A stretch of DNA of 64,000 nucleotides, from the NCBI GenBank assembly GCA_964252035.1, contig OZ176202.1, one strand, 5' to 3'. Below the pieces are notes generated by a model. It had not been told where the DNA came from. It made no database searches and saw only the letters and a program-made list of their open reading frames with translations. The translations under genes were made by a program, and so were the position numbers. This DNA is from Podarcis erhardii (lineage: Eukaryota). Positions 13,500-27,714 of the stretch are shown here, piece by piece; position 1 is the stretch's first letter, and every line of letters begins with the position of its first letter.

Positions 13500-13806
13500 C
13501 TAAAAATAAACACACCGAACAAAACAGTTAGAATACAACAAACAACAGCCTGAAAATCTGATGATATGGTTATCCAGATTTCAGCATTAAGCGGTATCAA
13601 ATTCACATTTGAAGTAAGATTTAAGAAATTAGATTACCGTACATTGCCATTTTTTGTCCAGCACCACATTTCTGCTGATGCAATTTTAAATTTTACATGG
13701 ATCATGTAATCTAAAGCTAGTCACGTCCATTGTTTTCAATGTGTCTGCTTCTGCTCTAAGTTTGTCTTAGATTCAACCTCTGATCTCTACCAAACATTCC
13801 CAAGTA

Positions 13807-14163
13807 CCATGGTTTTCCATGTATAAGACGAGGGGCTTTTTACGTTAAAATAATGTTTTAAAATTGAGGTTGTCTTATACATGGATAGTGTTGAGTTGGG
13901 ACTAGGGATTGGTTGCTGCCGTGAGCAGGAGACTTTCAGCGACGGTAGTGCGGGTGATTCATTGCTGCGGCAAGGGTTTTTGTCGACTAGCCGCTGCTGC
14001 GGCGATATGGAGGGTGATTTGCAGCTGCCGTCTGCAAGCAGTGAGACAATTGGTAGCTTCTTTGTCGCGTGCAATAGGAAGTGTCAGGCGGGTGAGTTAA
14101 TTTTGTCCCCAAAAATAGGGGGCGTCTTATACCTGGGTGTATGTTATACACGGAAAAATACGG
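13807..14163. mobile_element. Tc1/mariner (pogo/Tigger-like) MITE
   Basis: TA-ccatggttttccatgtataagacg ... ttatacacggaaaaatacgg-TA; CpG-rich interior. Confidence 0.75.
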
Positions 14164-14296
14164 TAACTTCTGGATGTAGATATTGCATAATTGATTTAAA
14201 TGTGCCAACTGATTAATAGCAAAATCAATATATCTTCATATTATGCTCTGTTTAACAAGGATAACAAACTGACTAGGTTCCCCTGAAGCAGTGCCC

Positions 14297-14324
14297 TGTG
14301 TGTGTGTGTGTGTGTGTGTGTGTG
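14297..14324. repeat. (TG)n microsatellite
   Basis: Direct observation. Confidence 0.95.
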
Positions 14325-14515
14325 ATTTTTACTGTGCCCTTCCTCAAGGCAGCTCAAGGTGTAACATAGAGTGCACCTTGGTGTTTTTTTCACGAAACAC
14401 CACCGCTGTAGCCCAACAGCAATTTACTCAAGGTCACCCACTGAGCTCCATGGCTGTGCAGATCATATGAACCCAGGTGTCCCTGATCCAAGCAGGGCAT
14501 CACCAAGTGTACCAT
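14325..14515 (-). mobile_element. Degenerate MIR/Ther1-like SINE
   Basis: actcaaggtcacccactgagctccatggctg...tgaacccaggt is the reverse complement of a tRNA/CORE SINE body. Confidence 0.45.
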
Positions 14516-15873
14516 TGTGAGTGGGCTGGAGCACCTCACAAGCACCTATCTGCAAGGCTTTCACCTGCCCTGCATCTCCTAAAAAAAAAAAAAGCACAAT
14601 AAATCCATACCAGGAAAGCAAGCACAGGACCCGGGCGATATCTAAAATTGATTTTCTTTCTGATGCTGCTCAGAAACCACATCATGCTTCATGTGACCTT
14701 TCTGAACAAATGTATACTATTTATTCTGCCATGCCTATCTTATAAAGCTGTTTGTACAAAGGAAGTTCAGAACAGGAAAAGACCTTTTCAACCAAAGATA
14801 CCCATATTTTGCACACTCCAAAAGCCACACTATCTTCTCTTATCTCTACATCTGCAAGCTCAGCTACGCTATGCACAGTTAAGCTTCAAAACACACAAGA
14901 TTTCACATTAGACAAACATGCTTCTCAGTTTTTGCTTTCATAGGGATTGAACTGCGAAAAAAGTATTCTAAGCCTCATTTGTCTGTTATCAACTAGCACA
15001 CAGAAGTGTGTTTTACAATCAGAATTCAACTATTTTACCCTTACAGTATTCAAACATCAGCCAGCGAAGCTGCTACGGTTTTGTTATCATGTATTAACAA
15101 CTCTTGAGAACTGACCAACCCAACAGTGCTGAAAGTCTACGGAAGCAATGGAAAAGCTTCCCAGCAGCTGGCTGCTAGATACAGGAAATGATATGCAAGG
15201 TATTACATCCTGGAATGTTTCCAAGAAATATTTTCTCTGTACATCTTGTGAAGTTCAAAATTTATCAGACTATTTATTTGTTTAGACAGCCCTTAATCTT
15301 TAGGCTATGTGTGAGGAACTATTGAACCTCCTTCTTACTTTGGGTCAAACCTTACCCATTGCCAGTCTTAGAAACTCAGATACATAAGTTAGGCGCCAAA
15401 TGGCTCCTTAACCCAGGGTTACAGTCACCAAAACAGTTGACATTTGGGGGCCAGACGGCTTGAAAGTCATGTTTTTCAATACGACTTTTTGGTTCCTGAA
15501 ATTCATTCTGATTGTGCAGGTAAAATATAACTGACAGATTTCTACAGAATGTGTTGCTAGTGCGTGAAAACAGGCAAGGTCCAATGATCTCAAGGCATGC
15601 ACCTCCAGATAGCGGAGATATCAGGTGCTATCCTGGCACCCAGGCATCTTCACTTGGTCCTAAGTGGCCAGTAGCCAGGTGTAAAATGTGCCTGGCAAAT
15701 TTTAAATGCGGCCCATAGCACATTTCCAACTGGCCAGCCGCCGCCTTCTTGGCTGTTTGTCATTTTCCGAGAGATGGCTCTATTGTTCTCCCAGTCACCT
15801 GCCTGCTTTCAATTAAGCGGGGGGGGGGGGGTGTTTGGATTGGATAAGTGTCTGTGAATGGACAGAAGGATAA

Positions 15874-15877
<4 letters not shown>

Positions 15878-15920
<43 letters not shown>
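15878..15920. repeat. (TG)n microsatellite
   Basis: Direct observation. Confidence 0.95.
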
Positions 15921-15921
<1 letters not shown>

Positions 15922-18173
15922 AAATGAGAGGTATATGTGTGTGAACAGACAAACAGATGGGGTGAGGCATGTATGTGCAAGGGGTATGAGTGATGAACAT
16001 TGATGAACAGTGATGAATGGCTCTGGCCTTGCCCACTGCCAACCGTGGCTCTGCCCACCACTGGCATGCAGTGCCAAAAACATTACACCTGAGGGAATGC
16101 GGCCCCTTAGCAAGAAAAAGGTTCCCCACTCTTACATTCGGCTAATGGTAGCTTTTTAGCAACCTCAGCAACCAAAATGCTAAAGGATACCTGACAAGCT
16201 CTTCTCATAGTTCTGCCTTCCTATAGTTCAGTCAGATACAGTGCTGCCTCCTCCTCTATTCAGCTACTGGCAAAGCTAAAGCTTTCAATAGAATTCTTCT
16301 TCCCTATACTCCTTGACAAAGCGAGTGCATCCAAAGCTGTAAAACTGAATTATATGAATATGCATATTAACCAAACTATTCTACTCTCTCGAATCGCTTC
16401 ATCTTTGAATTCTGCTTCAATTATTAATATGCTTATTCGCACAATTTAGCTTTATGGTTTTTTTCAAATGACTAGGTGATAAAACGAGGGACAGTCATGG
16501 AGCTGCATCTCTTTCTCTACTGTGGTTTTGAATTAACAGGTGAGAACTTAGTTTGAATAAAAGAGGATGCAGCCTAATGCGTTGACGGCAGATCACACTT
16601 TCCTGAAGAAGGGATAACGGAGGGAAACTACCATTGCCACAACCATTCTACTTATGCTTATGGAGGTTTGCCCTATGCCAGAGAAACTTGTAATTTAAAA
16701 AAAAAATTAATGCACACATCTGTAGTATAGCATCACTTTCAAAATTCTGGGTGTTAAAAAACTCCTTTCCACTGAGTATGAACCACTGCTAAGCCCCACC
16801 TCTTAGTAGCCATTCAGAACCGATGGCCCTGCAGTCAGGAAAAGGAAAGCAGCAAGGGAGGTAAGAGGCACACAGTCCTCAACATCATCTGCACCTGCTG
16901 CTTCACCAGCTGGCCAAAAGTCAGATGTTTAAGATTATAAACCTCACTATTATTTTCAAATATGCCAAGAATGGCAAAACAAGCAGATAAAATATATAGA
17001 ATGTGAAACCCTATCCAATCAAATACCAAAACACAGTCCATTTGCTGCAATCACATCATGCAAAGAAAGTTTGTGTTTAGCTAAACCATTAGTCACAGAA
17101 ATCTATTTTTAAAAGTTCACATAACTGCTTGCCATGTCAACTAAAATAGATAAGGTTACGTACAATCTGTTTACTAATTTAAGCATTTAGAATTTCAATT
17201 TCGCGGCTAGCTGAAAAGCATCACAGTTGTGAATTTCCATCCACTAATTAAAAGTCCCACGGCTCTACTCATTGAAAGAAAAACTATTCACAGAAAAGCC
17301 ATTAAGTTACCAGTTATGAATTTACATGACTCTAACTCCCTAGAGAAACACAATTCTAAACTTTTATACCCCAAATTTAGAAAACAAAAAGGGTTTCCAT
17401 CATCTTCTGTATCCAGGTTCCTTGTACTGGAACTATTCTTCCCTTACACCCCAGAGTTATCCAACACAAAAAATAGAGTGCTCATTCTGTAGCAAAGTTT
17501 TTAGATTCCAGAGCATTTCAAAATTAAGCAACTACTACTACCCTAAGGAAATTGCATAGAATACTAGATATAACTAGCTATCAATGTTTGTATTGGTTTA
17601 TTATGGAATTCAGGGCCTTTTGAATGAAATTCTGGTGGTTGGTGAAAAGGAAGTGAAAAGAAAGCATTGAACAGTAGGATGGAAACACAGGACTACCAAC
17701 CAAAGCAGAAAAGGAACAATTTCAAAGCCCTTTTGCCTGCTTTCCAGAATTTTATCACACTTGCTGCCTTCACTCCTCCCAACCCCTGACACGCTGGGAT
17801 CTGAAAGTCTTGCGTGCGCCCAGAGGTACTTAAGTTTCCTTCTGTCAATATTAGAACTCATCCCACCCCCACCCCCATGCATTTTAGAAGTTGCCTAAAA
17901 GAAGAATGTGTGGCTAAATCAAAAACATTGGTGTCTGCAACGCAAACATCTTGTTTGTCCATTTTCCCAGCCCATTCTGTTTGCACTCTATGCAGAGTCT
18001 TCTACTTTTTACATTTCAGGAACAACTCTGTTGTCCTAGTATAGCAAATAACACAAAAACAGGTTCCTAAATCTCTGCAATTCCAAGGGAGTGTATCAGA
18101 CTAATCAACACAAGAGAGTAACTTTGTTTTAGCTAACTTCAAATACAGCTAAGGTCTCTTGGGACAACATTAC

Positions 18174-18426
18174 CAGCTTTAAGTGTTCTTTTCTTCTTTT
18201 GCCTGAAAATGAAGTTGATGACCCAGCTTCTGATTCGGGGGTTCTTGGTTTGCAGTTATCATCCTCATCCTCTTCTTCATCTTCATCAAAGCACCACTCT
18301 GGCAAAGGGGGAGGGGTCGGCGCCTCCACTCCATCGCCATATCGACGGAAGAGTTCTTTCAAATAATCACCTTTATAAATACCAGGTGGTCTGGCTTGGG
18401 CAAAAATAGCCACAGCTGCTTCAATG
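18174..18426 (-). CDS. RNGTT: RNGTT exon 6 (253 nt)
   Basis: [31 protein letters not shown]...[14 protein letters not shown]...[10 protein letters not shown], overlapping ORF 18129..18413; cag acceptor, GTAATG donor. Confidence 0.97.
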
Positions 18427-20404
18427 CTGCAACAAAGCAGAAATTGTCAGGGAATTATTTCAGCACGTTAAATGCTTCATTTCTGCAACCCCTATCATTC
18501 TGATCCCCAACAAGGTATCACCATAGTTCAACATAAAATTTAATCAATATTCTGCTCAGGTTGAGTAAGCATATAATTAAGTATCCAGAAAGAGCCTCAA
18601 ACACAGGAGTGCATTCCTTATGATGACAAAATGACAGCCCTGCTGCAAAATGAAGAAAGAATGCAAGGAATCTTCCCAACTAAGCCTGACTGAAATGCCA
18701 TAGCAAGGCTCAGTGCTGCCCACCCATTTCTGCAGGGTAGATTCATAAAGTCTCCAAACCTATGACAAGCCTCAGCCTACAGGACTGTAACTCAGAACAC
18801 TCTATGGTCCACAGGGCATACAAGTTATTGTAATGCTGAACAGGAGTTCTTGTGGCCAAACCCTGGGGTCCTGGCAATACCTTACTGAGACTATGAGAGT
18901 CCACAGACATATATTCAGTGAAGATCAAGGCAATTCAGAGGACATTCCCCATAGAACAGTACCTGGCAAAAGTGCATATTTTAGTATCTTACTGATACAC
19001 CAAGAGAGCAAAAAACTGGCAAGAGGAACAGTGGATACTAGCTACTTTCAACGTCTGCATCTTAGGCGAAATACCCTGTCTTCCTCAATACTGCACTTTC
19101 CCCCTGCAAATGCAGGAAATGACAAATAATAGGCATTTGGCAGCCCTATCATGTATTAAGAAACAGCCTGGTACTTTCATGGAGTAAAACTGCCTTGAGG
19201 GAGATCAAGCTGATTGCTAAAGGAGAGTCTGATTGCTAAAGGAGAGTAGACTCCCACTGTTTAACTGGAGAGTTCTCCATCTGGACAAGCTTTCCATAAA
19301 CTAGCTCTAAAACTCATTTCAGAAGTCACTATGTATCTACAGCTTTTCTACTTCATATGCTAAAGGGATGATGTGGATGGACTATTCTACAAGGAACACA
19401 TTTTTCCACCAGTAAATAATGTCTGCTAGCTTTAAAGAACAATGCAGCAAAGGGGACTTTTCTAATGGTAATGAATCCACTCTATATAATTGTCACATTA
19501 AGGAAATTCTCCTAATAGTCTCTCCCTGCTCCCCGTTTTTAGTAAACTGTATTTTAAATCTGCTGCATTAGCCCACAATGGTTTGCCTTTGGCAAGATGA
19601 ACAAGTGTAATTACTAGTTAACTATTTGCCAGAGGAAAGCTATCTAACATGATGTGCTAAGACCTTTCCTCAAACACACACAACACACAAAAGTATATTC
19701 CTGGGATAATGTGCGTCCATAATGAGTTGTATTCAGCAAAGACACAATGAGTAGACCCAATAAAATGAATGGATTTAAGTTAGTATTGACTTATGTCTAG
19801 AGATTTCAAAGAGTATAACTTAGTTGGGAATACAACTCAATGTGCTGCTGATAATATCAACTTGCTGGTGGAATAATGCTGTTTGGGTTTTTGTCAGCAC
19901 TTATTCCAGAAATATATGGCTCACCTTTACTATTTAGAAAAGCTAAACTATTTTTCTGGTTATTGTTTCTCGAAGTACATTTAATACAGTATTGTGATTA
20001 AAAGTATATACCACATTTCATTTCAAGAAAAAATACCTAGGCAGTTCACAAAACAGTAATTAACTGGTTATAATTATATTACTTACATTTCTATATATAT
20101 TTATATCTGAGTAAACATATCTATTTATTCCAATTCATTTTAAACAGCCATTTTAAATAATCAGACCTCCTGATTTAAATGCTTCCATTTTATTTGTCTT
20201 GTTAGCTATTTAAGGTACAGCACCACTGCATGCATCTATTACATCTAAAAAGAGTATGTGCTTGAAGATGCTTTCAACACACAAAATCCCACAGCAAGGG
20301 TCAAGACAAACATCATCCTTTTCAACTTCAGAGCAAGCCATTTGACAACAAAGTCAATAATGAAAAAGGACAGTGGGCAAAAAGAAGTGGGTCACAACCA
20401 CCTT

Positions 20405-20760
20405 CAGGATTCATGAAGTAACAGAGAGGAAGAAGAGGAGCCTGCTGGATCAGGCCAATGGCCCCTCTAATCCAGCATTCTGTTATCATAATGGCCGATC
20501 AGATGCCTATGGGAAACCAGCAAGCAGGATTTGTGCCCACTCCTGTGTTTCCAGCAACTGGTATTCAGAAGCATTGCTGCCTCCAACAGTGGAGGGAGAC
20601 CACAGCCATCATGGCTAGTAGCCTTTAATAGCCCTCTCCTCCATGAATTTGTCTAATCCTTTTTTAAAGCCATCCCACTTTGGGGCTATCACTGCCTCCT
20701 GTGGCAGAGAGTTCCACAGTTTTAACTATGCACTGAATAAAGAAATGTATTTTCTTTTAT
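20405..20760 (-). mobile_element. CR1 LINE 3' fragment
   Basis: gagcctgctggatcaggccaatggccc...ccatgaatttgtctaatccttttttaaagccatc is a typical reverse-oriented reptile CR1 end. Confidence 0.65.
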
Positions 20761-21696
20761 CCATGAATTTCCCAACACGCAGTTCCAAGGATAGATACAA
20801 AAATGCAAAGTCTGTAACATACATTATCGCTAATCATTCAATAAGTGACACATTGTGGTATGTAGACTTGCCAAATTGATTTAGGAATAACAATTGCACA
20901 GTCAGATGGTGTATGAAGTTTGCTGTCACTGGATTTGTTGGCGAAGTTTGTAAACACCAACATTCTTTGTCAAACTTATGCCCTATTCAGAGACTTTGTA
21001 AACTGTAAAGTATCCTGTAAAAGCTTGGAAAGGATACATACATGCTTTTTAGCAATTAAATGCATGAGAACATTTACGTGATTTTGGACGAATGAAATTA
21101 TTCCTGCTCTTAATATTCTAGTGAAAGACCTCTCTTTTCCGCAAGACCTTGGGCTAAAAGCTCCTGTGTTAAAATAAAGCTATTTGTATGCATGTTTTTA
21201 GGGGGGGGGAGGACTGGATGTTGTTGCCAAGTGCAAAAGACCTGGTATTGTTAAGCTTTTTTATGTTTCTGGTTTAAAGGCACTATTATTAATGTGACAC
21301 CTTAAAAACCTGTCAGTGCACAAATAATACTAGGACAACTTATGAGGACAGCCACAGAAAAACAATTTTCTGATAAACAGAAGAATCTTTTCACAGCTGC
21401 AAAACAAACATACCCAAGGGCTAAAAGATAAAGCTAGAAAATTAAAACTAGAAACATGGTATACATAAAATCCACTGAAACTTTTCATCAAAGCAAATCA
21501 ACAGCAGACTAGGTAACTTTAAGCCCATAGAAGCCCATAGAACAGAGTATCTTAAAAGAAGATACAACCCAATTCAACAAGATGTGTATATGAAAGATCA
21601 CAATTCAAAGAGGAGCTAAAGGATGCAATGGTGTTTACAGGATCAAAACGTTTAAAAACTAAGGGTTGTATCCAATACCATGTGAGCAGCATTCTG

Positions 21697-21718
21697 CACA
21701 CACACACACACACACACA
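21697..21718. repeat. (CA)n microsatellite
   Basis: Direct observation. Confidence 0.9.
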
Positions 21719-22624
21719 GTGGCACTATTCCTTCCTCTCTTCTCCCCATGTGCCCCCTAAATTTGCTCCAAAGGGTCCCCAACCCCCAGTCTGCTGCATG
21801 AGCAAAAAAGAAGTGTTGGATGCAATCCTGACACTGCCTGTAGCTTGCCTCAAGGGGCAATTGTATCAGTTTCCCACCTTCAGGCAAGGGGAAGAGATAG
21901 AGAATGAATTGTTTGTTTCCAATTTAATTAATATGGCTGGCAGTTTGTCAGTAGACACCAGACAGTTCTTCTTTCTGCTAGAACTACACCTTTGTGGGCG
22001 AGAAAAAACTTGTTTGTATGTGTTTTGATCCAACTGGAAAGAGGGCCAAGGAGGAACACAAAAGGAGCAGCAACCAGAGATGCATAAAACCCAGCTGCCT
22101 GCATTATTGGAAGGGAACACAGTGGAGCAGCTCTGAAAACTATCCACCTTGATTTGAGCATTTCATTGCAGAAAAAGGGGGGTATCAATATAATTCTTAA
22201 ACAATTAAATAAAAAAAGGAAAATATGTTTCTTGTTATGATGCAAAATGGCCTCAGAAGTCATAATACTAGATTGAAATGCACATAAGTTGTAGGTTGCC
22301 ATGTATCATTATCATGTAACCACACCAGATCAAACTGGTTGTTAAAGTTACACACACTCAGCTCACGAGGATTTCTCCAGAAGTCTTGCTAGGTGCCTAC
22401 TGAATGCCAGTAGCAGCACTCTCGCATCTGCTGGTATTGCTTTATGACATAAAAGGGCCAAAATCTCACACTTACTTAGAAAACTTGTAACATCCAAGTT
22501 ATTATCAGCGGGGACTTTGTAATCATATCAGCTCCTAATTTCAAGATACATTTTCCTGGAGGCAGAGGCAGGGGGAGGGTGGATAGGGTGGTGGTAGTAG
22601 TAGTAGTAGTAATAATAATAATAA

Positions 22625-22730
22625 TTTTATTATTTATACCATGCCCATCTGGCTGGGTTTCCCCAGACACTCTGGGCGGCTCCCAACAGAACACTAAACC
22701 AGAATAAAACTTCAAACATTAAAAACTTCC
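22625..22730 (-). mobile_element. L2 LINE 3' end with (TTA)n/(CTA)n tail
   Basis: ttatttataccatgcccatctggctgggtttccccagacactctgggcggctcccaac, adjacent to the microsatellite at 22592-22625. Confidence 0.55.
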
Positions 22731-22991
22731 TTCTTCTTAAGTTGCAGTCAACTAACTCCTCCCTGGCAATACTACAATCTATCAACTACTATTCCACATT
22801 TGCCACATTAATGAAAGAGATATTGGAAAACATCATCTAATATTATCATCAACATTCCTGAAACTTGTATACTAAAAAGATAAGGGTGCTATAATAGATT
22901 AAGCTACAAATTACAGCAACCAGCCCACCCATAAAACAATGCAATGTTTACAGACAATCCATTTTTAAATTTTAAAAAAGTATAAAGTTAC

Positions 22992-23067
22992 CTCCAGTCC
23001 AACTTCTCAACCAGAAAGGCACAGATAAGAAAACCAGTACGATTGAAACCATGTGTACAATGAACAC
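22992..23067 (-). CDS. RNGTT: RNGTT exon 5 (76 nt), triphosphatase active site
   Basis: (G)[25 protein letters not shown] contains the HCxxxxxR catalytic loop; tag acceptor, GTAACT donor. Confidence 0.97.
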
Positions 23068-24677
23068 CTAAAAAACAAAAATTAATTGCAGTTACAGAGA
23101 CTATTTTAAAGCAACAATATTTCTTTTCTGACACAGTCAGCCCTCAAACAGGTTCTCCCTTCAGGGTGGGGTCAGTTGACTGCTACATTTCTCCCCCCCT
23201 GCCACATATCTGGAACAGCAACTCTGTGCTGGAAGAAATCAGAGCGGAAGCTAGATTAGGTAGGCTATAAATGCTTCCATGAGTAAACAAGCATTTCATT
23301 TCTTTACGTTCTACTTTCAGCCAGGGGCTGAAGGCAGAAGTGCAACCTATTACTCCTGAATGCAGTTCTCCCAAGAAGGATGGCTTTGAGCTTCCTTGAT
23401 GCAAGCACCAGGCCCTACATTATTCTGAAGATGCTTTTCTTTCCTTCCCACCAAAGATGTCGATCTTTCATTTTTCAGGAAAAGTGAGAGAGAACACTTT
23501 GAACTCTGCTCTCATTTGGTACAAGGCACTTGCCAAGGTCACAGTGTCCAATCCCAACCCATTAGGTCTTCCAAACTGTTTTACTCAAACTTCCTCAAAT
23601 TACCCTGGCCACAGCAGCTATATCCAGCTACATCTTTCTTTGTCCTTTGCCATTCTCCTCCCTGTTCCACAAAGAGCACAAGCACCCACAGTAGTGCTAT
23701 GATGTGTAACTGAACACATTTTAAGCAGTATTTCTAACCACAGTTTTTCCAGAATCCAACATTATTCTTCTGTTTCAAAATATTAGGCAAATAAATGTGC
23801 CTGAGCTAAAAGGAAGACTGCTTTTGCATATTACAGAATGTCAGTTTTTTTGTCTTCCTTTGAATTACCTCCATCAAAAGATTCCCATTCTTATAACATG
23901 AATTCTGATAAAATCTCATTACTAATACTCATCCATATCAGTAGCCTGCACGGAAGCAGCTTAATATCAATTACTGTACTGATTAACAGGTGCAAGTATT
24001 CCATTTCTCTGACACAAATATTTGTAGGAACCAAAGAAAGGACTATAAAGAATTTAAGCAATCCAAAACCTGGCGGTGTGGGGAGGGGAAGGGAGATCAC
24101 AACTCTTTACTTGCTATCAAACAAATAGACAAAGATTCTTCGCTTAGTGTTACTGACTAGAATATCAGGGCAGGCAAAGAAATAATATATTCAGTCAACA
24201 CATGATTATCTTATGGGATTCACAAGATGTAATGTCAGTCACCGGCTTAGATGGCATTAAGTGGGCATCAGGAAAATTCATAGAGTACAGATGGGGTCAA
24301 AAGATACTATCTATGAGAAGTTAAACAGAACCTCGTGGTTCAGAGACAACACGCCTCTGAATACCAGTGACTGGGAGAAAGGCTTCATGTCCCATTTGAA
24401 GGCTTCTCATAGGCACATCTCATACATAGGTATGAGATGCTGTATGAGAGGAGTCCTTGGTCTGATCCAACAGGGCTCTCCCTGTGTTTTAGGGAACCTT
24501 CAACAATAGCTTGCATTTTAAGACCACATTGCACTTTGTTATTAAAACAAAGGTCAACGATCAGCAATCAGCTACAAGAAAATTCCTGAAGTATTAGATT
24601 TATTACTTAAGTTATTATATCTGCAGTATGGTTTTTTTTAATACAAAACCGCTTAAGAATATTATTCCTGTGGCAAT

Positions 24678-24696
24678 ATCTCCATCTAGTGGCCAA
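24678..24696 (-). promoter_or_regulatory. Candidate CTCF site
   Basis: Minus strand TGGCCACTAGATGGAGAT is close to the consensus TGGCCACYAGRKGGCRC. Confidence 0.45.
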
Positions 24697-26324
24697 TTTA
24701 AAAATATATTAAAACTACAAAGTTATTGATTATAACCAGCTCGGTTTTTTTAATCTTGAGTCTAAATTAAAATACAAGTGTCAGATTTAGATGTCTTTGT
24801 TTGTATCGGTTTTGTTATTCAAGACAATAACCAATTAAAGCAAATAGTTATGTCCTTTACAGTTCCTACTTAATTCTCAGTATTTGAGAAGTGAAAGATT
24901 TGCTGGCTTATTTCCGTTTTTTGCTTCATATTACTCAGGGCCCGTATGGTCTGACATTTACTTATCCAATTGTATTTCCTTTAATGTAAATACATTAATC
25001 CAGCTCTTCCGTTTCCCCCACTTCCACCAAGTCTCTCTATAAAGGCAAGCAAAAACTCAACTAGTTTAATTAATTCACCTCAGAAGGAAAGAACTAGATG
25101 GTTTCAGCAAGTACTTTTTAACAATGTTCCTTTTTAAATTAGACAGGCACCTATAATGATTTTTGGTCATCTGCTGAAAACATTTTTAGAGACTTAATTA
25201 TTTCATCGTTGGTGCTTTGGTCCATCAGGGGAAAAGGCGGGGTATAATAAAATAAGGTCTAATGCATAAAACAAATGGAATAGTGTGATGATTATATTTA
25301 AAATTCTCCAACACTTCTCAATTATACTTGACTCTACCTGCAGAAGTATCACCTATTTTCCCTTAGCAATGTTTGCAGAAAACCTACCAGATGTGAAGTT
25401 TTTAATATGCTAATATTCAAGAAAAATAAGTAAAAATATTAAGGCAAGATGTAACTTAATGTCAGCCTTGCGAACCATCTCAAAAATATGTATTGATTTA
25501 TGCAGCATAAAATAAACAATGTGAAGCACTATATGTTCCCTGTATCCTAACATCAAAAGTTTACAGCCCATCACTGAAAATTACATTTAAAACAAGTAGC
25601 TGTTATGAACTGTTTTAGAACCAGGTAACAATACCCAGTTTCACTGCAAATTGCTTATCCAGTAGCAAGGCCTTTCTGCACTATAACTGAATGTGCAGTT
25701 TTAGCCACTGTGTGCTGCAGAAATAACAGTGCAATATTCCAACATGAACACATAATAGATATGAGCCCAATAAAGTACTTTGCTCTATGGGTAATTTTAA
25801 AAACATGCTTGTATATTTCTGAATTTGTTTTTTGTGGGTTTGGTTTTGTTATATACTAACAGAAACCTACACCAATAACTAACAGAAACACATACACCAA
25901 TAAAACAAACAAACACACCATTTTGAACAAACAGAAAGCTTCTAAGAAAACTGCTTTTCTTCCTCCAAGAAATGATGTTCCTATCAACCCCAACCTAATT
26001 TCTATAATAGAACTATGCAATGTATCACTTGTCTGCTCATCTGGGGAGAGTAACAACTACCATGAACAGGCATTTGGGTAGCAAACTTCTCCTTCTAACA
26101 GAGGAAAATGTACACACACTATACCCCAGTTCTGTGTTTAAAACAGAACCATGCCACAGAGGCTACACACATGCCATCTCCCTATTTTAGATCATTAAGA
26201 AACCACTAATCATTTAAACACAAGAAGGCTGCCTTGTACCAGGTCAGATTATCTGTCCACTTGTTCAGTACCAATTTATCTGACAATCAGCAGTTCTAGA
26301 GTGCCTTAACACAAAGGTCCTTGG

Positions 26325-26770
26325 TGCTAATATCATAATGACATTATACAAATCTATGGTACAACCACACTTGGAATACTGCGTACAGTTGTAATCACCT
26401 CACCTACAAAAAGCATATTGCGGAGCTGCAAAGGCAGCCAAAATGATCAAGGGGGTGAGGAAAGATTACATCAGGTGGGGCTTTTTAGTTCAAGGAAAGG
26501 CAAGTAAAAGGAGACATGGCAGAGATGTAGAAAAGCATGCATGGGGTGGGGGGAAAGCGGGCAGAGAAAATTGTTCTCCCTCTCGCATAAGACTAAGAAC
26601 ACAGGAACATTCAATGAAGCCAAATGCTTAACGTTTCAGTACAGACAAAAGAAAGTACTTCTTCAAACAAAGCATAGTTAAATAGTGGAATTTACTCCCT
26701 CAAGGAACAGTGATAGCCACCAATTTGGATGCTTTTAAAAGGTGTTTAAGGACAAGGCTACTAGCCACAA
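26325..26770 (+). mobile_element. CR1 LINE RT 3' fragment
   Basis: Degenerate LYKSMVQPHLEYCVQ..SPHL followed by ttcaatgaag...acagacaaaagaaagtacttcttc. A reverse CR1 end follows at about 26895-27100. Confidence 0.75.
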
Positions 26771-27247
26771 GTGTTGTGTTCTACCTCCACTGTCTGAGAC
26801 TACCACCCACAGACGCCACAACTGAGAGCAGATAAGGACATTCTCTTTCGACTTCTGATCAATTCAGTGCTGCCTGTCTCAAGTGGAAAGACTTAAAGAA
26901 GTGGATGGGCACTTGTAAGCTGTCTAATCCAACCTCCTGCTCAGTACAGAAAGCCAGAACTAGAGCATCTGCCACAGATGGCTGTTCAGCCTCCCCTTAA
27001 AGCTCCTACCTCTAGGAAATCGGTTCCACTGCTGAACTGATTTTGTTGTCGATATGTTTCTCCTAATGCTCAGTTGAAATGTGCCCTCCTACAGTTTGTG
27101 CCCCTACCCACTGAGACTGTATACACTTACATTTTCCTGTGAAGAACTTGGAATACTATGTAACAAATAATGAATTTCATTAATTTTACTCACGCCTCTG
27201 AAACTGGCAATTGGGGTGGGGGTTAAAAATGAGCCTATGCTTTATGC

Positions 27248-27714
27248 TAGTGGTTCCCAATTAGCTAAGTACTGCGGACTTGGTGTTGAACCAAAGGTGG
27301 AGTGCTCCGAAAGCCCTGCTTATGCCATATTGGTAGTCAAGGTGACCCCATCCTTGATTGTTAGTAGCTGTAGCACTGAGCTCATACACAGCTCACTTTG
27401 ATATCCACTAATTGGCCAGCCTGGATATAGTACAGTGGTACCTCAGGTTAAGAGCTTAATTTGTTCTGGAGGTCTATTCCTTTCTCTTTAATAAAATACT
27501 AGAACTGATCACTCTGGCGTTTTAGGCTTCTTCCTTGGTTCTTCTGCAAAATTCGAATGTCTGTGAGCCTTCCGGCTATGCAGGTCACAACACCAAGCCA
27601 TAGATCCCCTACTTTTGAAAATGTTGATATCACTATGGTCGTTTTTTATTATGTGAATGGTGCCATGAACCCCCTGGGTGGGTTCTGCAGACAACCACAA
27701 GTTTGGAACCACTG
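27248..27714. mobile_element. hAT non-autonomous element with an internal truncated mariner MITE (27433-27480)
   Basis: Ends (t)agtggttccca ... tttggaaccactg; flanks ctttatgc / ctttatac (8-bp TSD, 1 mismatch); internal TA-cagtggtacctc. Confidence 0.7.

Noticed and set aside
18129-18426. Possible processed RNGTT pseudogene fragment
   Set aside because: It has proper splice sites and phases matching exons 5 and 7, so it is genuine exon 6.
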